Source: the human T2T-CHM13v2.0 reference genome, Homo sapiens. From it: a DNA stretch of 64,000 nt. Position 1 is the stretch's first letter; every line of letters begins with the position of its first letter. Below are positions 50,471-64,000 of the stretch, piece by piece. Under the pieces are notes generated by a model that was given only the letters and a program-made list of their open reading frames with translations, was not told where the DNA came from and made no database searches. The stretch lies in assembly GCF_009914755.1 (NCBI RefSeq), contig NC_060929.1. The stretch is one strand, 5' to 3'. The translations under genes were made by a program, and so were the position numbers.

Positions 50471-52077
50471 CGAATGTGGCCCTTGTCAACCTGGCACCTG
50501 TAGGCAGCTCCTTAAACCTTGGTTAATCTCCAAACAGACAATAATAAGGTAATAGTTCCACTTAATATGATGCAACTATCATGCATACAACCAAAAATAT
50601 ACTAATATCATCCCCAGGATTCAGCTTTCAGGATTTCAACATTCAGAATTTTAATCTTTTAGGATTATGATTTTCAGAATATTAGACATTAGAAATTTTA
50701 GACTTTAGGAATTTTAGAGTTCAGGGATTTTGATCTTAGGGATTTCAACATTTAGGATTATGGTGTTAGGGATTGTCTTTTGAGATTATGATCAACACTG
50801 CTGAGAAAGACACAACTATTCAAAGTGACTCAAGAAGAAATAGAAAATCAGTATAGACCTATGAGAAGTAAACAGACTGAATTAGTAATTGAAGAACTTT
50901 CTGCAAAAGAAGCCTAGACCCAGAGAGCTTCAAGGGTGAATCCTACTAACTGTTCAAAAAAGAAGACCAATCCTTCACAAATTCTTCCAAAAAACAGAAA
51001 AGAGAACTCTTCCCAACTCATTTTATAAGGACAGTATTACACTGACACCAAAACCAAAAACATCACAAGAAAACTAAAGACCAATATCTCTTATGAATAT
51101 AGATGCAAAAATTCTCAAAAAATACTATCAAACTGACTCCAGAAACATATATAAAGGACTACACCCCATAGCCAAGTGAGATTTATCTCAGGAATGCAAA
51201 GTTACCTCAACATTAAAAAATCAATCAATGTAATATACCATATTAATAGTGTAAAGGACAAATACCCCATGATTAGTTCAGTGTGTGCAGAGATAGCATT
51301 TGACAAAATTTAATACCTTTTCATGAGAAAGACACTCAACGAACTTTAGCTAGGAGCAACAGGGAGCTTTCTCATCCTGATACATGCCATTTATGAATAT
51401 CATACTTAATGGTCAAAGACTAAATGCTTTCCTTCTAAGATCAGGAATAAAACAAGGATGTCTGTTCTTGCCACTTTTATTCAACAGTATACCAGAAGCA
51501 CTAGACAGGGCAATTAGACAAGGAAACGAAATAAAAGGCATACATCTGTATTCACAGACACAATCTTGTATGTAGAAAATCCTAAGGAGCTCACACAAAA
51601 AACTTCTAGAGATAAGTGGGTTCATCAAAGTTTTAGGATACAAGATTAGTATTCAACAATATTACACATTAACAATGAACAATCTAAAATGAAATTAAGA
51701 AAACAATTCAATTTATAATAACATCAAAAAGAATAAAATATTTAGAAATAAATTTACCAAAAGAAGAGTAAGGGGTTTGAAAACTGCAAAACATTGTTGA
51801 CAGACATTAAAGAAGACCCAAATAAATGAAAAGACATCTTGTGTCCATGGATGGGAAGATTTAATAATGTTGAGACAATAATACTTCCCAAATTGATCTA
51901 CAGGTTCAGTCAATCTCTATAAAAATCAAGGCTGCCTTTTTTTGCAGAATCTGACAAACTGATTCTAAAATTCATATGAAAATGATAAGGGACCTAGAAT
52001 AGCTAAAACAACCTTGGAAAAGAACAAAGTTAGAGGACTCATACTTCCTTATTTTAAAACTTTCTATTTCATTTTTT

Positions 52078-52280
52078 ATCTTAGGGATTTCAACATTTAG
52101 GATTATGCTGTTAGGGTTGTGTCTTTTGGGATTATGATCAACACTCTTGAGAAAGACACAACTATTCAAGTGACTCAAGAAGAAATAGAAAATCAGTATA
52201 GACCTATGACAAGTAGACAGACTGAATTAGTAATCAAAGAACTTTCTGCAAAGAAAAGCCTAGGCCCAGACAGCTTCGAG
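52078..52280 (+). repeat. ~200-bp dispersed copy of 50733-50934
   Basis: atcttagggatttcaacatttaggattatg...gagaaagacacaactattcaa...gaactttctgcaaa...agcttc present at both sites. Confidence 0.95.
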
Positions 52281-53384
52281 CTACAGTAATCAAGATAGTG
52301 TGGTAATGGATAAGTATATGCAAATAGATCAATAGAATAAAGAGTCCAGAAATAAATCCATACATTTATGATCAACTAATTTTTGACAAGAGTGCCAAGG
52401 CTATTCAGTGGAGGAATGAATAGTCTTCAATAAATGGTGCTGACACAATTGTATATCCACATGACCCTACTTCACACCATACACAAAATTAACTCAAAGT
52501 GGATCATACACTTAAATGTAAGAACTAAAACTATAAAACTCTTAGAGGAAAACATCGGAGTACATCTTATTACCTCAAATTATGCAATAATTTCTTAATT
52601 ATGATACAAAAAGCACAAGGGATGAAAAAAATAGATGAATTGGACTTCATCAAAATTAAAATTTTCATGTTTCAAGCACACTGGGAAGAAAGTGAAAAGA
52701 CAATCTATGGAATGAGATGAATTATTTGGAAATCAGATATCTTATAAGGGACTTGTATCGAGAATATGTAAAGAGCTCTCACAATTCAATAAGAAAAAAA
52801 AATGACCCAGTTAAAAAATGGGCACAGGATTTGAACAGATGTTCATATAAGCATTATTCATAACAGCCAAAAAGAGGAAACAACCCAAATATTCATCAAC
52901 TGATAAAGGGATAAATGAATGTGGTATATCCATACAATGAAATATTGTTCTGCAATTAAATGGAATGAAGTTTTGATACATGCTACGACTTGGGTAAACC
53001 TCGAAAACATTATGCAAAGTGAAATAAGCCAGACAGGAAATGCCATATATTGTAGGATCCTGTTTATGTGAAATGTTCTGAATAGGCAAATCCACAGAGA
53101 CAGAAAGTGCACTAGTAGTTGCAAGGGGCTGGGGGAAGGGGAAAATGGAAGAGTGACTGCTAAAAGGTATGGAATTTCTTTGGAAGGCATTGAAAGGCTT
53201 TTGGAATTATATAAAGATGATGATTACACAATTTGGTGAATATACTAAAAACTACTGAACTACACTTTTGAAAGGGTGGACTTTATGGTATGTGAATTAT
53301 ATCTCAATAAAACTGCTATTAAACAGAAAGAATAGACCTATGTGTGTCAACGTTCTCAGTCAGGGAAAAGTGTGGGGAGAGGAA

Positions 53385-53590
53385 GGAATAGTGGGCAGGA
53401 ACTAAACTTGGAGTTGAAAAACCCAACTTCACCACTTATTTGCTCTATGACCTTGAAAAAAGCCACTCAAACTCCTTGAATCTCATTTTCTACATTTTAC
53501 ATACTGGAAAAATTACATCCCCCTCAAAGCTTTATGTGGCTCAGATAAGATAGTGTCTATGAAAGCATCATATGACCTATAAATTGTTAT
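53385..53590 (+). mobile_element. MIR
   Basis: ttggagttgaaaaacc...ccacttatttgctctatgaccttg...tcagataagatagtgtctatgaaagc. Confidence 0.65.
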
Positions 53591-55651
53591 TTAAATGTTA
53601 GATACAATCCTAAGATCCTGAATTGTCCTCTGGAGCAGCAACTCTTTCCATAAGATTTGAGCTGCTTGAGAATGGCAGAGGCACTTTGATAGATTCTGTC
53701 CCCTCCCTCTGGCTCCTCAGTGCTTAACACAGCATTCAGCATAATAGATACTCCATAAGCGGATTTCACAATTGAGCACCAGGGCAGGCCTGGGGCTATA
53801 CACACAAGGATTTGATTGTATGGTCAAGAAGGTCAGGCAAGTGGAGTGGAGTAGGAGACAAATACCTAAATTCATAAGTGTTTATAAGTATGGTACATGT
53901 AATTACATGCATGTAATTACAATGAGATGAGGAGATGATCACATGTGCATATTTATTCATTTCAACATATCTCTCCTGGAGATACAAGATGAGGACTTAT
54001 TGGGTGAGATATTTGTGTCTCCCACCATTGGATCTTCATGCTTCCAACAGAATGGAAAGGTTGAACATGGTTCAAAAGGATTTCTTAAGATGTTTGATGT
54101 TGGCTATTTATGGGGATAGAAACATCATTAACACATGACTGCTAGTAGAATGGGAACTTGCAAAACATCATACTTCTTCAGGGAGGAACCATTCTTAGCT
54201 CACACCCTTTCCTGGTAACTTCTTGATTATTTTGTCTTAAAAACCCTAATAAAAACACCATGTAATTCCCTCCAACACTGTGTTCTAAGTGAGGCTCCAG
54301 AGGGTAGATCAGCCCATGTGTTTTCTAAGTTATTTATAGAGTTAATGCCCCACAAGGGAGGCATTAGATGGACCCACTTCTATTAGGTCATATATTGTTC
54401 ATACTGGATTCCTGGAAATCCAGTTGTCTTTTCCTAGGACTCCAGGATGTCATGACCAAAAATATACATTTTAAAACCTCTCCACCTCCAAAGCTCTGCT
54501 CAAAAGGAGTGGTACTGCAGCTTTTTATTCTTACTATTGAAATGTTTCCATTGATGATTATTTGGCCAAGCAACTTCCAAAACCTTGGTATTTGGAATAG
54601 CTTGCTAATGTTTTCTTAAATTACATCCTCTTGTGGGTCCATAAAATACTAAAGTTATTACAAATAAATAAATGGAGTTTCTCTTCATGATGTAAAGCAG
54701 CTTTCAATGAAGTCATTGAGAGGAAGTTTGGTTTGGAAGGAAGCAGTGCCTAACCAGGGCAAAGCACTGCTTTCCACCCATGGGGGCTAGACACGCTGGG
54801 CAGCAGCTGCTCCAAGTCAGCTGAACGAAGCAAATCCCTGCTGCTCCATTTCTTGTTTTAACTTCCAGCAGAAAACACAAGATTTTAAAACGTCCCCTTT
54901 CCCTAAAGTCCTCCACATGTGGGGACCTTGGCGCAGCCTCCTCAGAGCTGGTTGAAGAGAGAAGATTTGTCCGTGCTCACTCCCACACCACCCCGAAGTG
55001 GACCAAGATGGAGGCCCTGGGACAAGGGATAGCTCATTGGCATTCCTAAGGCTGGCATGCCTTCCCCTGACCCATGAGGCTGTGGCCACCCTCAGGCACA
55101 ATGGAAAACACGTTCTTCAGGACGAGAGAAAATTAAGATGCAAAGGCAAGCTCCCAGGAGAGAAGCAGGCTGTGTGTGCCTTGTGGGTGCCTTCCAGATG
55201 GCATCTTCTGTGGCACATACTGGGAGGGAGCTGTTCTCATGGGAGTGTTACACAGAGAGCCTCCTGGGTACCTGTTGGCAGCCCCCCACAACCTTTGCCG
55301 TGGCCTAAAACTGGAGCTTGGCACCCAATGTCTGTGTGGAAGTAATCACCATTCACCTACACAGTTAGGGGCCAGAGAGCTGACATCCCACAGCTCTCCT
55401 GGTTGAACAATTTCCATTTCTGCTTCTTTAAATACAAGGCAGGCTCTCCTCTGTGCAGGACTTCTCTTTCCCAACTCTCCCCTACAAAAACAATTTTCCT
55501 GTGCTCATATTAACACAGAAATGTACTTTTCAAAGAATAATACAGGAGTGCTGCTAGGATTTGGGGCACCATTTGGAGCCAGAACTATAAGGGTGCTGCC
55601 ACTGGTGGTTGTTGTTGTTTTCTTAATTGTAGTAAAAAAAAAACACATAAC

Positions 55652-56460
55652 GCAACTCCAAATGCTGGTTGAAGATGTGAAGCAGCAGGAACGCTCCTTG
55701 ATTGCTGGTGGGAATACAGAACGGCAAGGCATTTGGAAGACAGCGTGGTGGTTTCTCACAAAGCTAAACATACTCTTACCAAATGATCAAGTAATCCTAC
55801 CCAAATGAGCTAAAACCTTATGTCCACATAAAAACCTGTGCACAGATGTTTGTAGCACTTTTATTTATGATTGTTAAAACTCCTTCAAGATGTGCTTCAG
55901 TAGGTTATTGGATAAATAAACTGTGGTACACCCAGACAGTGGAATATGATTCACTGCTAAAAAGAAATAAGCTACCAAGCCATGAAAAGACATGGAGGAA
56001 ACTTCAACACATACCACTAAGGGAAAGAAGCCAATCTGAAAAGGCTACAAAGTGCATGATTCCAAGTAGATGACATTCTGAAAAAGGCAAAACTCTGGAG
56101 ACAATAAAAAGATTAGTGGTTGGCAGAGGTTAGGCGTGGGGAGATAAATATACAGAGCACAGAGGCTTTTTAGGGCAGTGAAAATCCTCCATGGTGGATG
56201 TATGCCATTTTACACTTGTCCAAACCCACGGAATGTTCAATACCAAGTGTGAACCTTAATGTAAACCATGGACTTTGAGTAATTATGATGTGTCAATGTT
56301 GGTTAATTAATGGTAACAAACGCACAGTTTGGGGGATGTTGATTATGGAGGAGGCTGCTTGTCTACTGGGGCAGCAGGCATATGGGAAACCTCTGTATCT
56401 TCCTCTCAATTTTGCTGTGAACCTAACTAAAACTGTTCTTTAAAAAGAGTATTTTTAAAA
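55652..56460 (+). mobile_element. L1MC/MD-type 3' end
   Basis: ggtttctcacaaagctaaacatactcttacc...agccaatctgaaaaggctac...ttttgctgtgaacct-like end. Confidence 0.85.
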
Positions 56461-56870
56461 TACACACCTAATATAAAATGTACCATCTTAACCAAATTTA
56501 AGTGAACAGCTCAGCAGTGTTAAGTATACTCACATCATTATACAACTATCTCTGGAACTTTTTCATCTTGCAAAACTGAAACTCTGGGCTTACTATACAA
56601 CATCTCCTTTCTCCCTCCCCCAGACTCTGACAACCACCAGTCTTTCTGTTTCTGTGAATTTGACTACTTTAGCTACCTCATATAAATGGAATCACACAGG
56701 ATTTGTCCTTCTGTAACTGGCTTATTTCAGTCAGCATAATGTTGTCAAGGTTCATCCACGATGTAGTATGTGGCAGGATTTCCTTCCTGTCACATACTGG
56801 CTGTGTGTGAATAATAGTCCATTATATGTATATGCCACATTTTGTTTATTCATTTGTTGATGGGCATTTT
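56461..56870 (-). mobile_element. L1MA9/L1MB-type 3' end (its extreme end lies at ~55610-55651)
   Basis: taccatcttaacc...ttttcatcttgcaaaactgaaactct...tacctcatataaatggaatcac. Confidence 0.85.
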
Positions 56871-57227
56871 GATTACCAATGATTTTCAGGTGATGTGGGT
56901 AGATTGCTGAGTATCTTTCTAATTTTCCTTAGTCTTATGGTAGAAACTGGTATTTTATAAGGGTGTTAAACAGCTCCCGGACATAGGGTCCTAGCAATGC
57001 CATTAGATTTGCATCTGTAGCTAAATAGAAATTAATCTGAGGAGCTAGACAGCTTAAGGATAACAAGTGGCTTGAGAGTAAAGGGTTGGTTTTAAGTGAG
57101 GCATCTGCTATCATGTTAGTCCATGACCATGTTAGAGGGAGAGAACTGCAGATTCTAAAGTTCATCAGTGCCCCTACTCTCCTACATAAATGCACCTACT
57201 AACACTAAATAGAAAATGACAGGCCCT

Positions 57228-57450
57228 GCAGTGTAGGGGTTAGGAGTATGGACAATGGGGTCCCAGAGAGCTCAGCTTAAATCCCTGTTCTGCCAACTTA
57301 ACACCATTGTCTTAGGAAATTCAATTACCATTTTCAGCCCCAGTTTGCATATCTCTAGGTTAGGGATCAACGTTGCCTACTGCACATTCATAGTTAGATA
57401 GCATGTTGGAAACAAGTGGCACATGCTACGCCCTGTAATCAGTCATTATG
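57228..57450 (+). mobile_element. MIR
   Basis: gcagtgtaggggttaggagtatggac...ttaaatccctgttctgcca...cagccccagttt. Confidence 0.6.
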
Positions 57451-57534
57451 ACTTGCTTCACTCCAGAGTTCAGTTTTTGCCACCTACCCAGGAACTGTAA
57501 TAATACATGTTATAATAATACATATTACTTTCTC

Positions 57535-57800
57535 TCCTCTAGAATGTAAGATCCACGAGGCAGATTTTTATTTATTTATTTTACAACCATTTCCTCAGTG
57601 CCTAGAACAACATTTGCCACCTATGAGGTGCTCAATAAATAAATAAATTCATTCATCCATTTGGTCTTCATGCAACAAAGATTCATTAAATATCTACTTT
57701 GTGCCAAGTACTGTGTTTGGCAATACGGGAGACTCAAGATAATAAATAGGTCCCTTGAGGGACTTGGAGATACCATCTCGTTGTGTAGAGATGAGATGCA
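57535..57800. mobile_element. Tail-to-tail pair of L2 3' ends
   Basis: ctagaatgtaagatccacgagg...gtgctcaataaat then ttcattcatccat...tgtgccaagtactgtg...gtccctt. Confidence 0.7.
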
Positions 57801-58251
57801 CAGGCAGAACAATGAAAGTCGGCTTTCGGGGGTGCCCAAGAATGATGTTGGATGGTGTGAGGGTCATCACAGAACTTCACACAACCAGGAATTAGTGAGA
57901 TGAATTGGTTAGGGAGGATTTCACACAGAAGCAGGAGTGAAGTGGGGCTTCTTGCCTGCTCCTGCATGGGCACCACCAGGGCAAACTACAGTAGGACCAG
58001 GTACACAGATCTCTTTACAGTTCCAAAAAGATTATTTTTGGGTCCTAGTGATATGCTCACAAGTTTTTGTGAAATTATTGGAAAGCCACCAAGCATTCTA
58101 TTTTTCATTCCTATTGTTGATGGAAGAAAGAACTCCGTACCTTCATAAATAGTAATCAGCAATCCTATCAACTTATAAAGAAGGAAAATCTATTTCACAT
58201 GACAAATTGTCTGCCCTGGAAAGTTTGCAGAATAACCAAAGGAGAGAGTAA

Positions 58252-58562
<311 letters not shown>

Positions 58563-59822
58563 TGAGAGTACACTGTTTTTAAGTTTCGTAGGCTTGTTCT
58601 ACACTGGCAAAGTTACTGGCATTCTTTCAGTCCCAAGCCCTTCCCCCACCCCTACCCCTTGTTGGTTTTAAGAGCCTTCCCACTTTGATCTTCTCAGGTC
58701 TGGGAGCTGGCAGACCCCTCTCTAATTTTCCCTAGTATATGATTCTTGACTTTTCCCTCAGGCCTTTTATTTCCTCCTCTTCCTAACAAGAACATCATTG
58801 GACCCCAAACTCCACAGGTTGAGCCACAGAGAGAGTTGAGATTTAGTGGTTTGGGACCACACCTGCAGAATTATCTGTGTTTCCTAGGACCCACTCCTTT
58901 GCAGGCCTTCCCTCTCTTCCCATAACTCTCAGTGTCACCCCCACATCTACCTTAGAGACTGCCAGGGCTAATCCCATGATGCCCACATCCTTGTTTACTT
59001 CCTGGGTGTTTACCATCACCACAAGAAGCCTAAGATCCCAGATTGCCCCTCTCACTAGGACTCACCCTCACAGACCTTGGTATATCCTCTAATCTGATTA
59101 CCTCTCCACCCTTCCCAACCCCCAGGCCCGTCCACTGGATGTCCTCAGGAAAGCACAGCCAATCATCAACACACTCCCGGATATCCTCTGCAGCTCCTCT
59201 GAGTGTTCCTCTACCACACGGCTCAGAGGGAAATCTGATCTCTGAGGGCACTGCTTCCCCACAGTCCTGAAGCTGGGTTAGGTGTCCTCCTTGCTCCTCA
59301 CCTTCCTTTCCAGACAATTCTCTCCTTCCTTCTCAAGCACCAGTTGAAAGTTTAGTCATCTATGGGCCTCCAGGTCATTCCTTGAAGATTTTGCAGCAGG
59401 TTCACAATCACTTTCCAACACCACCCCTGTCTAATTCAATGCCCTGCCCTCTTAGTTCCTTCATTTCCATTTTCCCAATGATATTGTTCTAAACATACGC
59501 CCATTACTAATTCCCCCACCCCCATATTCTCGATTTCAACTTTCTACCTCTGACATTTCTAGCTGACTCCCCTAATCTTCTAACCTCAACAACTACTAGA
59601 ATCCACTGGGATTTCCAATTCACATCCCCTTTCTCTGCTCCTCATCTGCCACTTAGCCTCACTTCCCTCCTTACCCTGCATGGATTCCTTGGTCCATCAT
59701 TATTATCACTTCTTCACATATGCCCTCATCCTGCTTAAAATTCACCAGGCAAAAGCCCAAACCTTGTTAAATCCAATTCTCCACCCATTGAACATCTGCG
59801 CTCAAGAAACTGACACATGTAC

Positions 59823-60630
59823 TGTCTTAGACTTTATTTTCCAAGAAGAAATTCCTTAGACAGGATTACAATAGAAGTAGTTTTCTCAGAGGTGATCCTT
59901 GGAAATATCAGTAGAGAAGTCAGGAAGCGGGAAAGGGAAGAAAGAAAGCCAATAAATGACACATGAATAAGCACGGTATTTCTCTGAGCAACTGGAGAAT
60001 TCCACCAGGAAATGCTGCAAAATGTATTGAGCATGCCTCAAAATTGTCCCAGCTGAATGCTGAGGGTGTTAGGGTATTTATCCACTGTATTGGTCTTCTA
60101 GGGATGCCATAACAAAATACCATTGACTGAGTGGCTTAAACAACAGACACTTACTAATATTTTCTCACAGTTCTAGATCCTAAAAGTCCAAGATGAGGGT
60201 GCCAGCATGGTTGGTTCTAATGAGTGTCCTCTTCTGGATTTGCAAATGAACACTTTCACCTGGTAAAGACAAAGAACAAGCTCTTTGGTGCCTCTTTTTG
60301 TAAGGGCACCCCATCATGAGGGCCCCACCCAAAGGCCTCATCTCTAAATGCCATTACATTGTGGGTTAGGGCTTCAACATATAAATTGCAAGGAGACACA
60401 GACATTCTATCCATAACATCCACCAAAGCCTTTTCTATCATTGGTTGAGAGCTGCTTCACAGGGCAGTAACCCTTCAGCGTTTCCTAGTTATCCTACATT
60501 CATGCAGAGCATGTTCCCATAGCCAGAACAAATGTGTAAAGCCCTCAAGCAGAGAGTTAGAAGCGTTTGCAGTCATTGTGTAAAGGTGACTGCTGGGAGG
60601 ATGTGGACAGGGAACCACAGACACAACCAG
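59823..60630 (-). mobile_element. LTR16-like ERVL LTR interrupted by MLT1A
   Basis: tgtcttag...ttagacaggatt...gaggtgatcc...gggaagaaagaaagccaataaa; resumes after MLT1A. Confidence 0.6.
60086..60418 (-). mobile_element. MLT1A MaLR solo LTR
   Basis: tgtattggtcttctagggatgccataacaaaatacc...gggttagggcttcaacata...tccataaca; TSD tccac both sides. Confidence 0.9.
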
Positions 60631-61409
60631 CAGCAGCTTTTCCACTTACTGACTGGTCTCAGCCTCAGATAGGCCTTTAGTGCTGCCTGGCAATCCTGTT
60701 GAATTTCTCTAGTCAACTCTCTCTCTCCTTCCTATTCCTCATACTCTCTTAAACCTCCAAGTCCCTCTCACGCTTCACCCTCACCTTTGACCTCAATTCC
60801 TCTTTCATTAAAACAACTGAGGCCATCAGAAGACAACTCCACTTTTTCCACCAGTAGGACTACCCCCTCTCTGCATCTGTGTCCATCCTCTCTGCCACCT
60901 CCTGTTGACTGTGGATGAGTATGGCACATACCATCCTCTTTAAGACCAAACTCTCCACCTGGGACCTATCCTGCAGGTCCTATCCCCTCTTTCTACTCAA
61001 GGACAGCACACTTAAATTTGCCCACCCTGCCCTCCTCATCCATGTTCCCATATCAGCATTCAACTGTACTGTAACTTCTCCATCTTAAAAAACAAGCAAG
61101 CAAACAAAAAAACAGAGACCAATCTAGATACTACCTACTTCTCTGTTTTCCTTTATAGCAAAACTGCAAAAGATTTATGTATTCCTTTTGCCAATGATGC
61201 AGACTCAAAACAAAAACCAAAAAAGATCTGTGTATTCCTGCTGCCTAAAATTCCTTTTCTCCCATTTACTTTAAGAAATTTTAACAGAAAAATTTCAATC
61301 ATATCTAAAAATAAAGAATATCACAATGAATTCATTATTATATTACTCAGATTTAATAATCATGAATTTAATGCATAAGTGCTTCATTTCTTTTTTTCTT
61401 GCTGAAGTG

Positions 61410-61721
61410 TTTTATTTTTATTTTTATTTATTTATCCATTTAGTGACAACGTCTCGCTCTGTCATCCAGGCTGCAGTGCAGTGGTGTGATTTCGGCTCAC
61501 TGCAGCCTCTGTCTCCTGGGTTCAAGTGATTCTCCTGCCTCAGCCTCCCGAGTAGGGATTACAGGCATCCACCACCAGGCCCAGCTAATTTTTGTATTTT
61601 TAGTGCAGATGGGGTTCCACCATGTTGGCCAGGCTGATCTCAAACTCCTAACCTCAAATGATCCACCTGCAGCAGCCTCCCAAAGTGCTGGGATTACAGG
61701 CATGAGCCACCACACCTGGCC
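61410..61721 (-). mobile_element. AluS
   Basis: Antisense Alu with (TTTA)n tail; TSD tgaagtg. Confidence 0.95.
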
Positions 61722-61833
61722 TGAAGTGCAAGTCCCAGATAGCATGACATTTTAGTCTTAAATACTCAGGATATATCTATAAGAAATGAGGAATTTTCTT
61801 AAACAACTTTAACTTGATTAAGAATAATGATGA

Positions 61834-62183
<350 letters not shown>

Positions 62184-62376
62184 TTATAATAATAATCCCT
62201 CTGTTCTTTCTCAAAAATATCCCACTCTGATCAGGGTGTTTGTCTCCACTATTCCACATGAACTTCTCCTGACTAAATCACATGACCACTCTGTTGTCAA
62301 GCCTAATGACTATTTCTCACTGGTAAGGTGACCAACTGTTGCAGTTGGCTTAGAGGTTTCTTAGGACAAGGGACTT

Positions 62377-63029
<653 letters not shown>

Positions 63030-63031
63030 GA

Positions 63032-63448
<417 letters not shown>

Positions 63449-64000
63449 TATTCCTTTCTTCTTAAACAACATTCTTGTCTTCCAGGACACCAGTCTCCCT
63501 TGGTTCTCTACCTCCCTCTCTGGCCACTTTGTCACAGTCTCCTTTGCTGGTTCTGTGCATCTGCCTGACCTCTGAATGTTGGCATGCCCCAGGGTTCTCT
63601 GGCCTCAGTCCTCTTCTCATCTTTCTTTACTTCCAAGTCTTTAAATAGCACATATGTATTGATGATTTGCAGATTTCTATCTCCAGCCCAGACTTCTCAC
63701 CTGGATGAGAGACTGTCACTTCAACTGATGATTTGGCATCTTCACTTGAAAGTTTTAAAGACATCTCAAACGTGGTAGTTCAAAACCAAACTCCTGATCC
63801 TTCCCCAAAAACCTTCTCTTCTTATAGCTCTCCTTGTGATAATAGATGACAACTTCATGCTTCTATCTGCTTGGAGGAAAAACTTTGGGCTCATCTTTGA
63901 CTCCTGCATCATATGCCCCACATGCAATCCATCAGCAAATCTGGTTGAGTCTTCTTTCAAAAATTATTCACAATCCAACTACTTCTTACTACCTCCATTG

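Larger units (their letters stand above)
48860..50800 (-). mobile_element. Ricksha-type MULE/MuDR DNA transposon (one end missing)
   Basis: FLYWCH-coding segment, embedded MLT2 LTR plus ERVL internal piece, terminal array of ggattt/ggatta repeats ending gattatgatcaacac. Confidence 0.8.
46370..53325 (+). mobile_element. Long old L1M (5' region, ORF1, partial ORF2, 3'UTR) with nested insertions and an internal deletion
   Basis: ORF1 motif cagctgacttctcatcagaaaccatggaggccagaag; ORF 51384-51575 [15 protein letters not shown]...[11 protein letters not shown] = L1 RT; ends tgtgaattatatctcaataaa. Confidence 0.9.
59330..61165 (+). mobile_element. L2 fragments interrupted by LTRs
   Basis: Pyrimidine-rich L2 sense motifs (ggtccatcattattatcac, gcaaaagcccaaaccttgttaaatccaa, tttatagcaaaact). 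Confidence 0.55.

Noticed and set aside
50615-50800. CRISPR-like array of short repeats
   Set aside because: Degenerate tandem units without unique spacers or cas genes; explained as MULE subterminal repeats in eukaryotic DNA
51384-51575. Reverse-transcriptase motif ORF (also 63584-63778)
   Set aside because: Fragments of dead L1 and L2 ORF2 with surrounding stops and frameshifts; not a retron or novel RT system

Overview
Primate (very probably human) non-coding genomic DNA, not prokaryotic. It carries AluJ/S/Y, MIR, L2, L1M, MaLR/ERVL/ERV1 LTRs and hAT/MULE DNA-transposon fossils. No protein-coding gene, tRNA, rRNA or CRISPR array is supported; the listed ORFs are GC-rich, low-complexity or repeat-derived. 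The first ~5.3 kb is a cluster of CpG islands separated by AT-rich, forkhead/homeobox-motif-rich spacers, typical of the flank of a developmental regulator gene lying outside the window (locus not identified). The rest is a repeat-rich gene desert with an orphan CpG island (~13 kb) and a few repeat-free candidate enhancers. I found no convincing new biological system. The best observations are: (i) a MULE/MuDR (Ricksha-type) transposon relic with a readable FLYWCH zinc finger and a captured ERVL LTR plus internal segment, inside a long old L1; (ii) several template-switch or templated-insertion scars (29-bp fold-back in an AluJ, ~200-bp copy of the Ricksha/L1 junction, exact 25-bp LTR-to-L1 copy, 38-bp tandem at a deletion junction); (iii) a possible very ancient I/Jockey-clade LINE relic near 8 kb; (iv) multi-level TE nests with intact TSDs. 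Repeat subfamily names come from recalled consensus sequences and boundaries without TSDs are approximate; both need RepeatMasker/Dfam confirmation.
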